Assembly: GCA_046350855.1 (NCBI GenBank)
Contig: JAXLZM010000001.1
Coordinates: 153,420-217,419 of the forward strand
Origin: Candidatus Anderseniibacteriota bacterium
Lineage (GTDB): Bacteria > Patescibacteriota > JAUYIX01
Direction: 5' to 3'
DNA length: 64,000 nt
Position numbers and translations under genes: made by a program. Below are positions 49,072 through 58,318 of the stretch, piece after piece. Below the pieces are notes generated by a model that did no database searches, was not told the origin of the DNA, and saw nothing but the letters and a program-made list of their open reading frames with translations. Every line of letters begins with the position of its first letter. Position 1 is the stretch's first letter.

Positions 49072-50439
49072 ATGAGGGTCAGGGCCTGTGGTAGTCTCTT
49101 GCTACCTATGCGCACTACTTCCCGTAAGCAGGCTTCTCGTGCAGGTAGCACCATCGCCCTGGTCCTCTCGGCTATCGCCCTGACGGCCTCACTATGTATG
49201 GTTCAGACTAATGCGGTGACGGCGCTGGGGGTGATCCAGTTTGGACACGGTTGGTACAAGGCGGGGGGTCAAACGGGTGCGGATGTGATCGGGGGTGACA
49301 TCGGCGACGAGTCGATCCCCGACGTGGCGCTACGACCCAATGGACAACCCTGCGCAGCTTTTATGAGTGCGAGTGGCTCCGGCGCCGCAGATATTTTGGT
49401 CGGGTGCTTTAACGGCTCGATTTGGACGGGACCGGATAACGGCAATGGCTATAGCAACATTAGCAACTCCCCCTTTGCTAGTGAGAACCCCGACATCGCC
49501 ATCGCCCCAGATGGTACGCTCTATGTGGCTTGGCTGGAGAGCACTAAAGCAGGCCCAATTCCCGATCGAGAGGTTCGGTTGGTCTTTTTTGACGGAACGA
49601 ACTGGAGCGGTTTTACCGGTCCCTATGACGTCGTGAGTCAAGGCTTAAGCGCCGGTACCTCAATAACTTTGGCGATAAACCCAATCGATGGTCATCCGGC
49701 CGTGGCCTGGAACTCAAAATATCAAGAGAGCGTGCTGTACCGGGAGTGGAACGGTCTCACCTGGAAAGGCCGAACCGGCAGCTACGACAAGATCAACGGT
49801 ACCCAGGATAAAACGGTTAACGCGCTAGAGCTCTCGCTCGCCATGGGCAGCAACCAGGCGCCGAGCGTGCTCTGGACCAACTACGATGGTGGCGGCTACG
49901 GCGAGATTCTGTTTCGCCGTTGGGATGGCAGCAAGTGGCGCGGCTACGTCTCGACTAACTCCGATAACTTGAGTTTGACGCCGCTTAAGAGCGAACATCA
50001 AGCACGCTTAGCACTCTTTAACGACGGCCGACCTGCGGTCACCTGGGAGGATGCCACGGTCAATGAGCAGGTGCGCTATCTCGAGTGGAGTGGCGCGATG
50101 TGGCGCGGACATGGGGGTGCCACGGCGGACACGGTACAGAGTGGCAGTAATGGCGCCTCGCCGACACTGGCAATCAACCCGGTAACCAATGCCCCCGTGA
50201 TTAGCTATCTGTTTTTTAGCGGGAGTGCTAACCAGATGTACGTTACCCAGTGGAACGGCGGCTGGGTTGGGCTAGCCAGCACACCACAAACGCAAGTCGA
50301 TCTTAAGGACGCCTCGCTCAACAACGCCCACTACCAGCAAGCCGCCCTGGATGCCACCGGCCACGTGCACCTGGTCTGGTACTACACTCAGCAAATCCCG
50401 GTGGCGAGTCTCAACGTGGCTTACACGCGTTGGAAATAG
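49072..50439 (+). CDS. Secreted protein with six repeats of about 52 aa carrying [FW]-[ND]-G-x-x-W-x-G (putative 6-bladed beta-propeller)
   Basis: Signal peptide from the Met at 49108 (MRTTSRKQASRAGSTIALVLSAIALTASLCMVQTNA). Repeats CFNGSIWTG, FFDGTNWSG, EWNGLTWKG, RWDGSKWRG, EWSGAMWRG, QWNGGWVG. Confidence 0.65.
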   Translation: MRVRACGSLLLPMRTTSRKQASRAGSTIALVLSAIALTASLCMVQTNAVTALGVIQFGHGWYKAGGQTGADVIGGDIGDESIPDVALRPNGQPCAAFMSASGSGAADILVGCFNGSIWTGPDNGNGYSNISNSPFASENPDIAIAPDGTLYVAWLESTKAGPIPDREVRLVFFDGTNWSGFTGPYDVVSQGLSAGTSITLAINPIDGHPAVAWNSKYQESVLYREWNGLTWKGRTGSYDKINGTQDKTVNALELSLAMGSNQAPSVLWTNYDGGGYGEILFRRWDGSKWRGYVSTNSDNLSLTPLKSEHQARLALFNDGRPAVTWEDATVNEQVRYLEWSGAMWRGHGGATADTVQSGSNGASPTLAINPVTNAPVISYLFFSGSANQMYVTQWNGGWVGLASTPQTQVDLKDASLNNAHYQQAALDATGHVHLVWYYTQQIPVASLNVAYTRWK

Positions 50440-50458
50440 TGCGCGAGAGCGTTCGTCT

Positions 50459-51259
50459 TTAGGGGAGCGGTTCACCCAAAGTAACCCGGGCCTGGTAGGC
50501 GTTTTTGAGTTCGTCCCCGTAAAAGACTTGGTAGCCTTTGCGTTTGTAGCCCAACACTGTAATTGGAGCAAAGGGTTTACAACCGGAGGGAGTTGGTCCG
50601 GAGCAGACTTGCTGGTCGTTTTCGGCTAACAGCGCCGCCCAGCGAATCACGATCGGATCAGTGCTTGCATCACAGGTCGAGTTGTCGAGGGTCGCAAAAA
50701 TTTGCCAGGGCATTCCGGCGCTAACCTTGACCGAGTTGCAGGTCTGGTCACCCTGTGTGACGGTAACCTCACTCGGACCTTGCCAGGAGACGCCCAAGTC
50801 GATCGTGCGATACCAGCGCTCGACCGCCGGGGTCGGTTTGAGGATCACTCGACCATAAATTTTTTCTAAAAAGCGCACCGGGCCAGTGGGATCGTCCGCG
50901 TTGTAGACCGCCCGGGCCGAGACTTCTTTACTGCCGCTCAAAACAGCTTGTTCTTCTGCACTAAACGGGATGGTTTTAACTTGGCACATCCCAAACGGAT
51001 CGCACACCACCATCTGATCCATGCCTAAGCCCGGTGAGAGTTTTTGGATGGTGACCGCATCCGGCTGAACATAGTTTTGTTTAATCAGCATGTCGCTGGA
51101 CTGGGTAGTGACCGGGTTAGTTTGCGAGGCGTTGGAGGACGTTGTAGCACCAGAGCTAACGATTGTACCGGTCTGCGCTCGCCGAGAGAGCCAAAAGCCG
51201 AGTGCGCCTACAATGATCGCGACTCCGACTACAGAGAGCACTAGCCAAAGCTTTTTCAT
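50459..51259 (-). CDS. Membrane-anchored secreted protein, paralog B of the tandem pair
   Basis: Starts at MKKLWLVLSVVGVAIIV (the ORF-track upstream extension to 51562 is unlikely). Shares ERWY, VCDxxGxCQV and GYQV motifs with 51337..52188. Confidence 0.6.
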   Translation of the reverse strand: MKKLWLVLSVVGVAIIVGALGFWLSRRAQTGTIVSSGATTSSNASQTNPVTTQSSDMLIKQNYVQPDAVTIQKLSPGLGMDQMVVCDPFGMCQVKTIPFSAEEQAVLSGSKEVSARAVYNADDPTGPVRFLEKIYGRVILKPTPAVERWYRTIDLGVSWQGPSEVTVTQGDQTCNSVKVSAGMPWQIFATLDNSTCDASTDPIVIRWAALLAENDQQVCSGPTPSGCKPFAPITVLGYKRKGYQVFYGDELKNAYQARVTLGEPLP

Positions 51260-51288
51260 GGAAGTGTGCTCATGATAGCGAAAGTCGT

Positions 51289-51330
51289 CCCAAAAGAAAA
51301 AAGACCGTTCCCCTCCAGAGAAACGGTCTT
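51289..51330 (-). terminator. Strong intrinsic terminator between the tandem paralogs
   Basis: 9-bp stem AAGACCGTT/AACGGTCTT followed on the minus strand by TTTTTTCTTTT. Confidence 0.7.
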
Positions 51331-51336
51331 GTTGTA

Positions 51337-52188
51337 CTACGGCACGGGCGTGCAAAGCGGAACTTTGGTGCTGAGGAGCGATTCTCCCTGCATCACCTGA
51401 TAACCGCTCCGCTCTTCGTGCAAGATGAGCATTGGCGCAGTCGGACCAAGCGTAGCGCTCACGAGACCCGGGGTTCCATCCTGTGCGCTCGTGGTGCACT
51501 CGTTGTCGATGAGTGTCACCGCAAAACGCGAGGTGTAAAAAGCACCCGGGATCGGATCGCACGTGGTGTGATCCAACGTCATCCCCGCCTGCATTGAGAT
51601 CGTGTCATCGACTTGATCATAGATGCACTTTTTGGGCAGGGTGAAGAGTTCTCTGGGTGAGTCCCACGAGTGGCCACCGAGAGCAGTGTTGTACCAACGC
51701 TCCATGGTATCCACTTCTTGACTCAAAACCCTAAAGTACCCCTTGGTCCACATCTGGGCACCAGCCGGAGTATCGATCCAGACTAGCCTAACGGAGTACT
51801 TGGGCGCACCCTGTTGCCCCGTAGCAATAGCAGATTCGGTCGCGTCGTAGGGGCAGTAGACCACCTGGCAACTGCCTAGGTCATCACAGACGAGCATCTG
51901 TTCTCCCGTCAAAAAAACGACGGGCTGCGTCTGGGTAGCCCAGGCTGGCTCGGTCGGTCCGCCGACGTGTACGGTCGCGTACGTCTCACCATCTGAGACG
52001 ACCCGCAGGTTAGCGAGTAGATCGGAGGAGTGCCGATAGACGACACTCTCGCGACCCGTCGGTTTACCGGGGCCGTTGTCCGCAGCTGGGTCGAAGTTGA
52101 ACTCGACCCAGGAGAAGTCGGCCGCCTGCGAGCGACCGAGGCATGTACATGCACAGAGGACGCCGATCAAGACGGCTTGCTTCTTCAT
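51337..52188 (-). CDS. Secreted protein, paralog A of the tandem pair
   Basis: GGGGAGG RBS; signal peptide MKKQAVLIGVLCACTCLGRSQA; motifs shared with paralog B. Confidence 0.65.
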   Translation of the reverse strand: MKKQAVLIGVLCACTCLGRSQAADFSWVEFNFDPAADNGPGKPTGRESVVYRHSSDLLANLRVVSDGETYATVHVGGPTEPAWATQTQPVVFLTGEQMLVCDDLGSCQVVYCPYDATESAIATGQQGAPKYSVRLVWIDTPAGAQMWTKGYFRVLSQEVDTMERWYNTALGGHSWDSPRELFTLPKKCIYDQVDDTISMQAGMTLDHTTCDPIPGAFYTSRFAVTLIDNECTTSAQDGTPGLVSATLGPTAPMLILHEERSGYQVMQGESLLSTKVPLCTPVP

Positions 52189-52298
52189 GAAAGGAACCTC
52201 CCCTAAAAGGATGGCCCGTTTGTACCAGATTTTTTATTACCTGTCAAGTCGGCCAGCACACGTACTTGGCACAAATCCGTTATGTCAGCGTGAATAGT

Positions 52299-54416
52299 TT
52301 ACCCGCGAAAACTAAAGAGGTTGAGGAGGTGCTCACGGAGACTTTGCCGACCGCTGCCGCTCGAGGCAGGGCTGCGGGTCTCGGTTTGCGGAGTGGCTTG
52401 GCCCGTACTTGAGTCGACCACGAGCCAGTCAAAGACCACATCCTCGCTTGGAGCGTTGAGGAGTTCGACCGTAAAGCCATGCGTGGATACACTTGTGACT
52501 TTGTAGGTAGCAAAACTATGCGGAGTGAGTAGGACGTGCGGCGCACTGGCGTAGTTGCTGCTAAAGGTTACACTCGCCTTGGTCTGACCTTTTTTAACCG
52601 TGACGCTGCCGGCCGTGTCGCGCCCGACCGTAAGATGCCCGTTAATGGTCATGGCCCCCGCTACACGCGCATCGCCATCGACTACCAAGCTACCGGCCTG
52701 GATCTGACCTGAGACCTCGAGCGTGTTGGTGCTGATATGGTCGGCAAGTTCTTTGGTAAATGCTTTGAGCTCGGCCTGGTTACTCGCGGCAGAACCACTC
52801 TCCAAACTCAGACCGGGCAGCTCTTCCCCTTGGGTAACTCCGATTTGGCCAGCCTTATCGACGACGAGCGCGCCGCGCTGCGGCTGGAGTAAGACCATAA
52901 CGGTCTGATCAGCGTCAGAGCCCGCTCCGGAGGCCGAGAGGGCGATTCCGATCACGTTGTCAGCCGCCGCAGCGCGGCGCGCCTGACCAGCTTTGCTGGA
53001 TGGACCCACATAGTCCCCCACCTTGACCGGGCCGTTCTCGTCACTAAAGCGCACCGGAACTTGTCCGACTAAAGCTACCAAGGCGTCGTGCACGGTCTGA
53101 TCGGCAGGGTCGTTTTGGTTGGGGTTGTTACCGATAAAGGCCGGATTAGTCGAGACTACGCCGATCGCCAGATCCTCGGGTGCGCTGGACTTGCGCACAG
53201 CGTGTTCGGCCGAAGTATCCAACGTCACCAGGTCGCCTGGCAGGAGATCTGATTCGCTGGTGGTCATGTACTCAGCAAAGTCAGCGCCGGCCCCTGAGTA
53301 GGCTGCGTCCGCAAAGGTGCCACCCGTCGAGCTCACGCGCCAGACCCCGTTGTCGGTGCCATCCACGTCGGTGTTAAAAGCCATAAAGTTAAAGGTGTCG
53401 ACCGTCTCAGAGTTGGTGTTGATCTGCAGCAAGGCCGAGCGCTCACCACCGATCGTGAGCGGCTGCGTCAACGAGTTGTTGGTGGCATAAATGCGCATCG
53501 GACCGCCCGTTTGGTAGCTCGTGTCATTGTCCGCAAACTGCACATCGATGGCATGGTGGGCCGCGCCGGTGCCGCTGTCATCGATAACCAGCGAATTAGC
53601 GTTACCGTTTTGATCGATTGAGAGGGCCTCAGCGTCGGAGCTATTGACCACCACATTGATCGCACTAAAGTCGCCGTTTTGCGTAACAGAGATTGCGCTG
53701 GTATCGCGGTTGTTAAGGACCCGCACACCGTTGCCCAAGGTAGGGCCCGCGCTCAAATTGATATCGATACCGCTGCCGGAGGAACCCGTATGGTCAACAT
53801 CGATCGCATTGCCCTCGTCAGTTTGATCGATCTCGATACCGTTGGCCTCGAGGGCCTGGTTGACCTGTAGAGCAGGACCGGGGTCGGTTACTACGGTTGA
53901 TTTAGAAATCACCACGGACGGCAGCAAGTTGGCGCTGTTATTAAATGTAGTTACGCCATCGTCGCCAAAGGTAGCAAAGGTTGCGCCGCTATTTTGCAGC
54001 ACAAAATCGTTGGTACTGGTCAGATCAAACACCAGACCACCCTGGCCCTGTGCGTTGTCGATCGTCACCCGGGCTGGTGTCACAAAATTGTTGTAGGTGT
54101 CGTCCATATCGATGGTCGAGACGTCGCCGTCCGCACCCTGCGGTCCGGTTGGCCCGATCGGACCCGTCGGTCCAGCCGGTCCTGTCGCTCCCGTCGTACC
54201 AGAAGCACCAGCCGCTCCGGTGGCACCCGTCCCACCCGCTGTTCCAGCCGCACCCGTTGTGCCTGTTGCTCCCGTTCCTCCCGTCGAACCCGTCCCACCC
54301 GTGGTTCCACCAGTAGTACCACCGGTCGTACCGGTCCCACTTTGAGGTGCACAGATGTAGGTCTTACCGTCCGGTCCGGTCAACACGGTCCCCGGTTGTA
54401 CAAAATCCTTACCCAA
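52299..54416 (-). CDS. Collagen-like (Gly-X-Y) repeat fiber protein with phage tail-fiber/appendage-like C-terminal region
   Basis: TTG start; about 75 residues of G-T-G/G-A-T/G-P-T triplets; Ser/Thr/Asn/Gly-rich beta-helix-like body; ADFAEYM...PGDLV segment resembling the Peptidase_G2 IMC autoproteolysis motif (identified from memory). Confidence 0.7.
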   Translation of the reverse strand: MGKDFVQPGTVLTGPDGKTYICAPQSGTGTTGGTTGGTTGGTGSTGGTGATGTTGAAGTAGGTGATGAAGASGTTGATGPAGPTGPIGPTGPQGADGDVSTIDMDDTYNNFVTPARVTIDNAQGQGGLVFDLTSTNDFVLQNSGATFATFGDDGVTTFNNSANLLPSVVISKSTVVTDPGPALQVNQALEANGIEIDQTDEGNAIDVDHTGSSGSGIDINLSAGPTLGNGVRVLNNRDTSAISVTQNGDFSAINVVVNSSDAEALSIDQNGNANSLVIDDSGTGAAHHAIDVQFADNDTSYQTGGPMRIYATNNSLTQPLTIGGERSALLQINTNSETVDTFNFMAFNTDVDGTDNGVWRVSSTGGTFADAAYSGAGADFAEYMTTSESDLLPGDLVTLDTSAEHAVRKSSAPEDLAIGVVSTNPAFIGNNPNQNDPADQTVHDALVALVGQVPVRFSDENGPVKVGDYVGPSSKAGQARRAAAADNVIGIALSASGAGSDADQTVMVLLQPQRGALVVDKAGQIGVTQGEELPGLSLESGSAASNQAELKAFTKELADHISTNTLEVSGQIQAGSLVVDGDARVAGAMTINGHLTVGRDTAGSVTVKKGQTKASVTFSSNYASAPHVLLTPHSFATYKVTSVSTHGFTVELLNAPSEDVVFDWLVVDSSTGQATPQTETRSPASSGSGRQSLREHLLNLFSFRG
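54115..54350. repeat. Low-complexity 9-bp-periodic GC-rich DNA encoding the collagen-like triplets
   Basis: Repetitive GGT CCn GTC / GGn ACn GGn codon runs; generates spurious ORFs on several frames. Confidence 0.7.
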
Positions 54417-54783
54417 ATAGGCCGAGATGTCCCCGACCTGCGAGAGTTTGAGTGCTTGATCCTCCAGAGCGTCGCGTAAACCTTGTTCACTGGCGTACGC
54501 AATTGGTAGTTATCGTACGCCGCACGCGCCAAAGAGCGCTAACAAGAGCAACCTAGGCCGATAAAAAGATGCATGCGGCGAGAGCAGTGCTCGTGCCGAT
54601 CCTGCCAGGCCGAGAGGGTTTTCGCTGACGAGCTCGGTAGTCTCCCCAGGCTGACCAACTGGAATGTTTTGTCCAGTCGGACGGGTCAGGGGTGGACGGC
54701 CGGGTGAGACGGGCGAACCAGGGATCGGAACGTCGCTAGCTGAGCTCGAGGGGAAGGGTTGGTCGGGCATAGAGAAGTTCTAC

Positions 54784-55797
54784 CTAGTATAGCGCAGCTG
54801 GATTATGCTGCCCATCCGCAGCCTGGCCGGGCTGCATGCCAATGGGACGGGTCACGGTGCCAAAGCGCTGCCGGATCACAAAGGGGTTGCCGCGATAGGG
54901 TTGGTAGCTCGAGCGGTCGGCAAACAGCCTAAAGGTGTTGCTGCCTACGATAAAGCTGTACTGGCCCCGTCGATCGGTGACGGCCGTCTCTAAAACACGG
55001 TTGAACTTAGTATCCAAAATGCGCACGACGGAATGCGGCAAGGGTTCGTTGGTGAGGGTGTCGGAGACGTTCCCCCAGGGACGACCGTAGGGTTTGTAGG
55101 TCAAGCGCTCAAAAAGGACAAAGAGTAGTAGGTGTCCTGCGAGCAGGGCCCAGGATTGCCAGTTCCAGGCAAAGACCGTGCAAATAGCACCCACGATGAT
55201 GCCAGTGTAGGCCAAGACTGAATGGAGGGTGCGCCGAGACTCACGACGCAAGGCTTGCTTGAGGGTGACGCGATCCTCCGGCCCGTCGATCGGTAGGTTG
55301 GCCTCGAGTGGACCTTTGGCGGCGTGCGCTACCACCCCTCCCGTGTAAATCGGTCCCACCGTAGTGTCGAACTTTTCGCCGGCAAGTAGGCGCGTCGGAA
55401 ACTCAAAGCCCGGTTTACTCACAAAAAAGCGGTAACGCCCCGCCGGCAAGAGAGCCAAAAAGCGCCCCTCTGCATCCGTGACGCGGGTGGCGACGATACG
55501 TTGGCGGTCGGCATCGATAATCCGTACGAGTGCGAGATCAATGGGACGCTTGCTCAAGCTCTCAAAAACTTGCCCGTAGCCCTTGCGTCGCCGACGCAGC
55601 AACAGCAATCCAGGCTGCGTAAAAATCTGCTGGAACAGCCGGCCGAGACTGGCCAACGGTACCGCGACAGCCAGGTTGACCGCAGCGACAAAGAGAGCAA
55701 GTGGGTTGAGTACATAGGTAAATAACCAGCCCAACGCAACCGCCGGGATCTCCGGCAAAATCGTGGTGGGACTGAGGAGGTGACAGACGGCGTTCAT
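54784..55797 (-). CDS. Membrane protein with two carboxypeptidase-regulatory-like (CarboxypepD_reg) beta-sandwich domains
   Basis: VRIIDADRQRIVATRVTDAEGRFLALLPAGRYRFFVSKPGF and VRILDTKFNRVLETAVTDRRGQYSFIV modules separated by TM helices. Confidence 0.55.
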   Translation of the reverse strand: MNAVCHLLSPTTILPEIPAVALGWLFTYVLNPLALFVAAVNLAVAVPLASLGRLFQQIFTQPGLLLLRRRRKGYGQVFESLSKRPIDLALVRIIDADRQRIVATRVTDAEGRFLALLPAGRYRFFVSKPGFEFPTRLLAGEKFDTTVGPIYTGGVVAHAAKGPLEANLPIDGPEDRVTLKQALRRESRRTLHSVLAYTGIIVGAICTVFAWNWQSWALLAGHLLLFVLFERLTYKPYGRPWGNVSDTLTNEPLPHSVVRILDTKFNRVLETAVTDRRGQYSFIVGSNTFRLFADRSSYQPYRGNPFVIRQRFGTVTRPIGMQPGQAADGQHNPAALY

Positions 55798-55917
55798 GAG
55801 AGAATGATTTCTATGCCTATTAAAAGCAAAAGCAGTATAAGAGCAATGAGCAGACCAGATCGCTCGCCACGCTTTGAGCGACACATTCCACCGCAACACA
55901 GCACTGGGTCACAGGTC

Positions 55918-56490
55918 TCAACCGACATGGCCGTTTTTTAGAGCGATTTGTGTGATTTTGCCGAGGTGTGCGACACGACGCACTGCCAGTGCGGAGACGA
56001 GCACTCCAATAAAAAAGACGAGGACGCCTGTCACTGCTAAATAAAAAGCGCCATTAATTGGGACCTGGGTTGCTAAACCACCCTGTTCAACCAGCCAAGT
56101 ACGGCCGGTCTCGACAATCAGTAGCGCAATAGCAAACCAAAGGCTGATCATTGCAAAAGCAGTAAGGTACCCCAGTCGGATCAAGTGGACGTGCGAAAAA
56201 AACGGCCGGAGTAGAAAATGAATCAGCATGATGGTAAAGGCACCGCCAAGACTGTAGACCAACCGACCGTAGAGATCGATCACTGGGAGGCTGGGTAAAA
56301 CCGTGTAGCTGACCGTGCGCAGACTGGGATAGTAATGCGGTAGGGCAACTCCTGCTTGTTGGATTAAAATATAGAGGACCGGTGCGGCGGTCACAAAAAC
56401 CGCAATCGAAGAGGTAAAGAGTGAACCTCGGTAGCTCTGTTTTTTGGTCAATTTGCTGGGCAAAGGCGGTGGAACAGGATGGTTACTCAT
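55918..56490 (-). CDS. Integral membrane protein
   Basis: Multi-TM ORF; internal start MSNHP avoids overlap. Confidence 0.45.
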   Translation of the reverse strand: MSNHPVPPPLPSKLTKKQSYRGSLFTSSIAVFVTAAPVLYILIQQAGVALPHYYPSLRTVSYTVLPSLPVIDLYGRLVYSLGGAFTIMLIHFLLRPFFSHVHLIRLGYLTAFAMISLWFAIALLIVETGRTWLVEQGGLATQVPINGAFYLAVTGVLVFFIGVLVSALAVRRVAHLGKITQIALKNGHVG

Positions 56491-56942
56491 GCGCGGCGTG
56501 CCTCCAAGATAAATGAAATCCCCATCGTGATAAACGTGCAAAAAGCGAGAGTGACAAAGAGCGCAGCAAAGAGCTGTCGTCGCCAGGTGGAGGCGTGACG
56601 AAGATGCCCAAAGACGATCAAAACCAAAAGGGGCAAAGCGATACAGATGCCAAGGGCGGTCAGGTGCTCCTTAAAGGCAAATAAGGCGGCACTACTTGGT
56701 GTTTTTTCGAGCGTACTCCGCAAAAACACACTAAAATGGGGGTACAAAAGGGTTCCAAAACCAAAGCTGGCTAGGTATAAAAGCGTCGCCGCAAAGCCGG
56801 CGAGCTGAATGTGTTTCCAATTGTGTGCTGAGACCGCCAGTAAAAAGATCAACCCCATCACAAAGGCAACAAACATACCGAGCGCTGCAATGCCGTGCAG
56901 GGTTCCCGCAAGATCGTACCAGCCATCCGCAAAAGGAATCAT
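56487..56942 (-). CDS. His-containing integral membrane protein
   Basis: ATGA start/stop overlap with the upstream gene; four TM helices with conserved His. Confidence 0.5.
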   Translation of the reverse strand: MIPFADGWYDLAGTLHGIAALGMFVAFVMGLIFLLAVSAHNWKHIQLAGFAATLLYLASFGFGTLLYPHFSVFLRSTLEKTPSSAALFAFKEHLTALGICIALPLLVLIVFGHLRHASTWRRQLFAALFVTLAFCTFITMGISFILEARRA

Positions 56943-57196
56943 GAACGCGCCATGATCGAGATAATGATATGCACCAAAACCAGTAGAATGGTGAGCCAGG
57001 CAAAAAGTTTGTGTGCTGCCGTAAATTGAAACCACCCATAGCTATCTTTTTGGTCGCGTCCGGGTCGTCCCCCGCGCCAGGGCAAGCGGTTGCGTGCCCA
57101 CGGCATCACAAAACAGGTCGTAAAGTTAAGTACGAGCGCAAGGGCCGCTAGCCGACCGCTCCACAGGGTAAGTTCATGGAGGAGCTTGGTACTCAT
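56939..57196 (-). CDS. Small integral membrane protein (two His 14 residues apart in a TM helix)
   Basis: GGAGAA RBS; AAHKLFAWLTILLVLVHII. Confidence 0.5.
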   Translation of the reverse strand: MSTKLLHELTLWSGRLAALALVLNFTTCFVMPWARNRLPWRGGRPGRDQKDSYGWFQFTAAHKLFAWLTILLVLVHIIISIMARS

Positions 57197-57256
57197 GATT
57201 CTCCTCTATATTAGCACACGTTTTTGGCCAGATCGCTAGCGGCCATCAGGGCCATT

Positions 57257-58291
57257 TTACCAGTTGAGGGTGCCGCCGACCTGGTACTCGGTCACGCGGG
57301 TTTCAAAAAAGTTCTTTTCTTTGTTGAGGTCGATTGCCTCGGACATCCAAGGAAACGGATTGGGCGTGTGGTACTGCTCGGGCAACCCTACCCGTGCAAG
57401 GCGACGGTCGGCGATATGCTCGATGTAGCGCTTAAAGCCATCCGCGTTGAGGCCAAAAATCCCCTTTGGAAAGACTTCTTGCGCAAAGGTGTACTCCAGT
57501 TTGACGCCTTTTTTGACCAACTCGATGATGCGGGCCTGGAACTCCGGCGTCCAGAGCTCGGGCTGCTCTTGCTTAATCGTGTTAATCATCTCGATCCCCA
57601 TGTTGAGGTGCATGGACTCGTCACGCATGATGTACTGGATTTGTTCGGCCGAACCTTTCATCTTGTTCTGCCGTTGAAACCCGTAGATCACCGCAAACGA
57701 GCTGTAGAAGAAAATCCCCTCCATGATGAGCGAGAAGACGCACATGTTCTCCAGGAATTTTTGTGCGCCGGCAAAGGAGTGGGTGTTAAAGTTGGGATTA
57801 AAGATCCCCTCGTTGAGGCTCAGGATGAACTCGTCTTTGTTGTAGATAGCATCCACCTCGCGGTACATGTTAAAGATCTTGGCCTCATCGAGACCAAGGC
57901 TCTCCACGATGTACTGGTAGGCGTGGGTGTGGATAGCCTCCTCATAGGCTTGGCGCAGGAGGTACATGCGCACCTCGGGCGAACTAATGTGCCGATAAAA
58001 GGCGAGGGCCACGTTGTTAGCGGCCAGCGAGTCTGCCGTGGTAAAGAACCCCATCACGGTCTCAAAGGCTTTGCGCTCGTCCGGGGTCAAAAAGTCCATG
58101 GACTTCCACTGCTCGATGTCTTGCTGCATCGAGATCTCGGTCGGCAACCAGTGGTTTGCGTTGGCGGCATTGTAGGCCTCCCAGGCAAACTTGTGCTTCA
58201 TGGGATAGAGCTGGATAACGTCCGCGTCGGCTCCGTTAATAATCCTCCTTTTATTGATATCAACTTTACGAGCGGTCCTGGTGATCGGCAT
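57257..58291 (-). CDS. nrdB: Ribonucleotide reductase class I small subunit
   Basis: Ferritin-like diiron ligands (EAIHTHAY, RDESMHLN). Confidence 0.9.
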   Translation of the reverse strand: MPITRTARKVDINKRRIINGADADVIQLYPMKHKFAWEAYNAANANHWLPTEISMQQDIEQWKSMDFLTPDERKAFETVMGFFTTADSLAANNVALAFYRHISSPEVRMYLLRQAYEEAIHTHAYQYIVESLGLDEAKIFNMYREVDAIYNKDEFILSLNEGIFNPNFNTHSFAGAQKFLENMCVFSLIMEGIFFYSSFAVIYGFQRQNKMKGSAEQIQYIMRDESMHLNMGIEMINTIKQEQPELWTPEFQARIIELVKKGVKLEYTFAQEVFPKGIFGLNADGFKRYIEHIADRRLARVGLPEQYHTPNPFPWMSEAIDLNKEKNFFETRVTEYQVGGTLNW

Positions 58292-58318
58292 GGTGAGGAT
58301 ACTTAATTGCGGTAAGTG

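Noticed and set aside
50459-51562. 367-aa version of paralog B
   Set aside because: The first 101 residues are Arg/His-rich off-frame-like sequence overlapping the terminator hairpin. A typical signal-anchor start MKKLWLV is at 51259.
53981-54479. Multiple long ORFs in several frames on both strands (53981..54316, 53994..54479, 54080..54352, 54097..54345)
   Set aside because: Artefacts of the GC-rich 9-bp-periodic collagen-triplet DNA. Only the minus-strand fiber frame is continuous over 2.1 kb.
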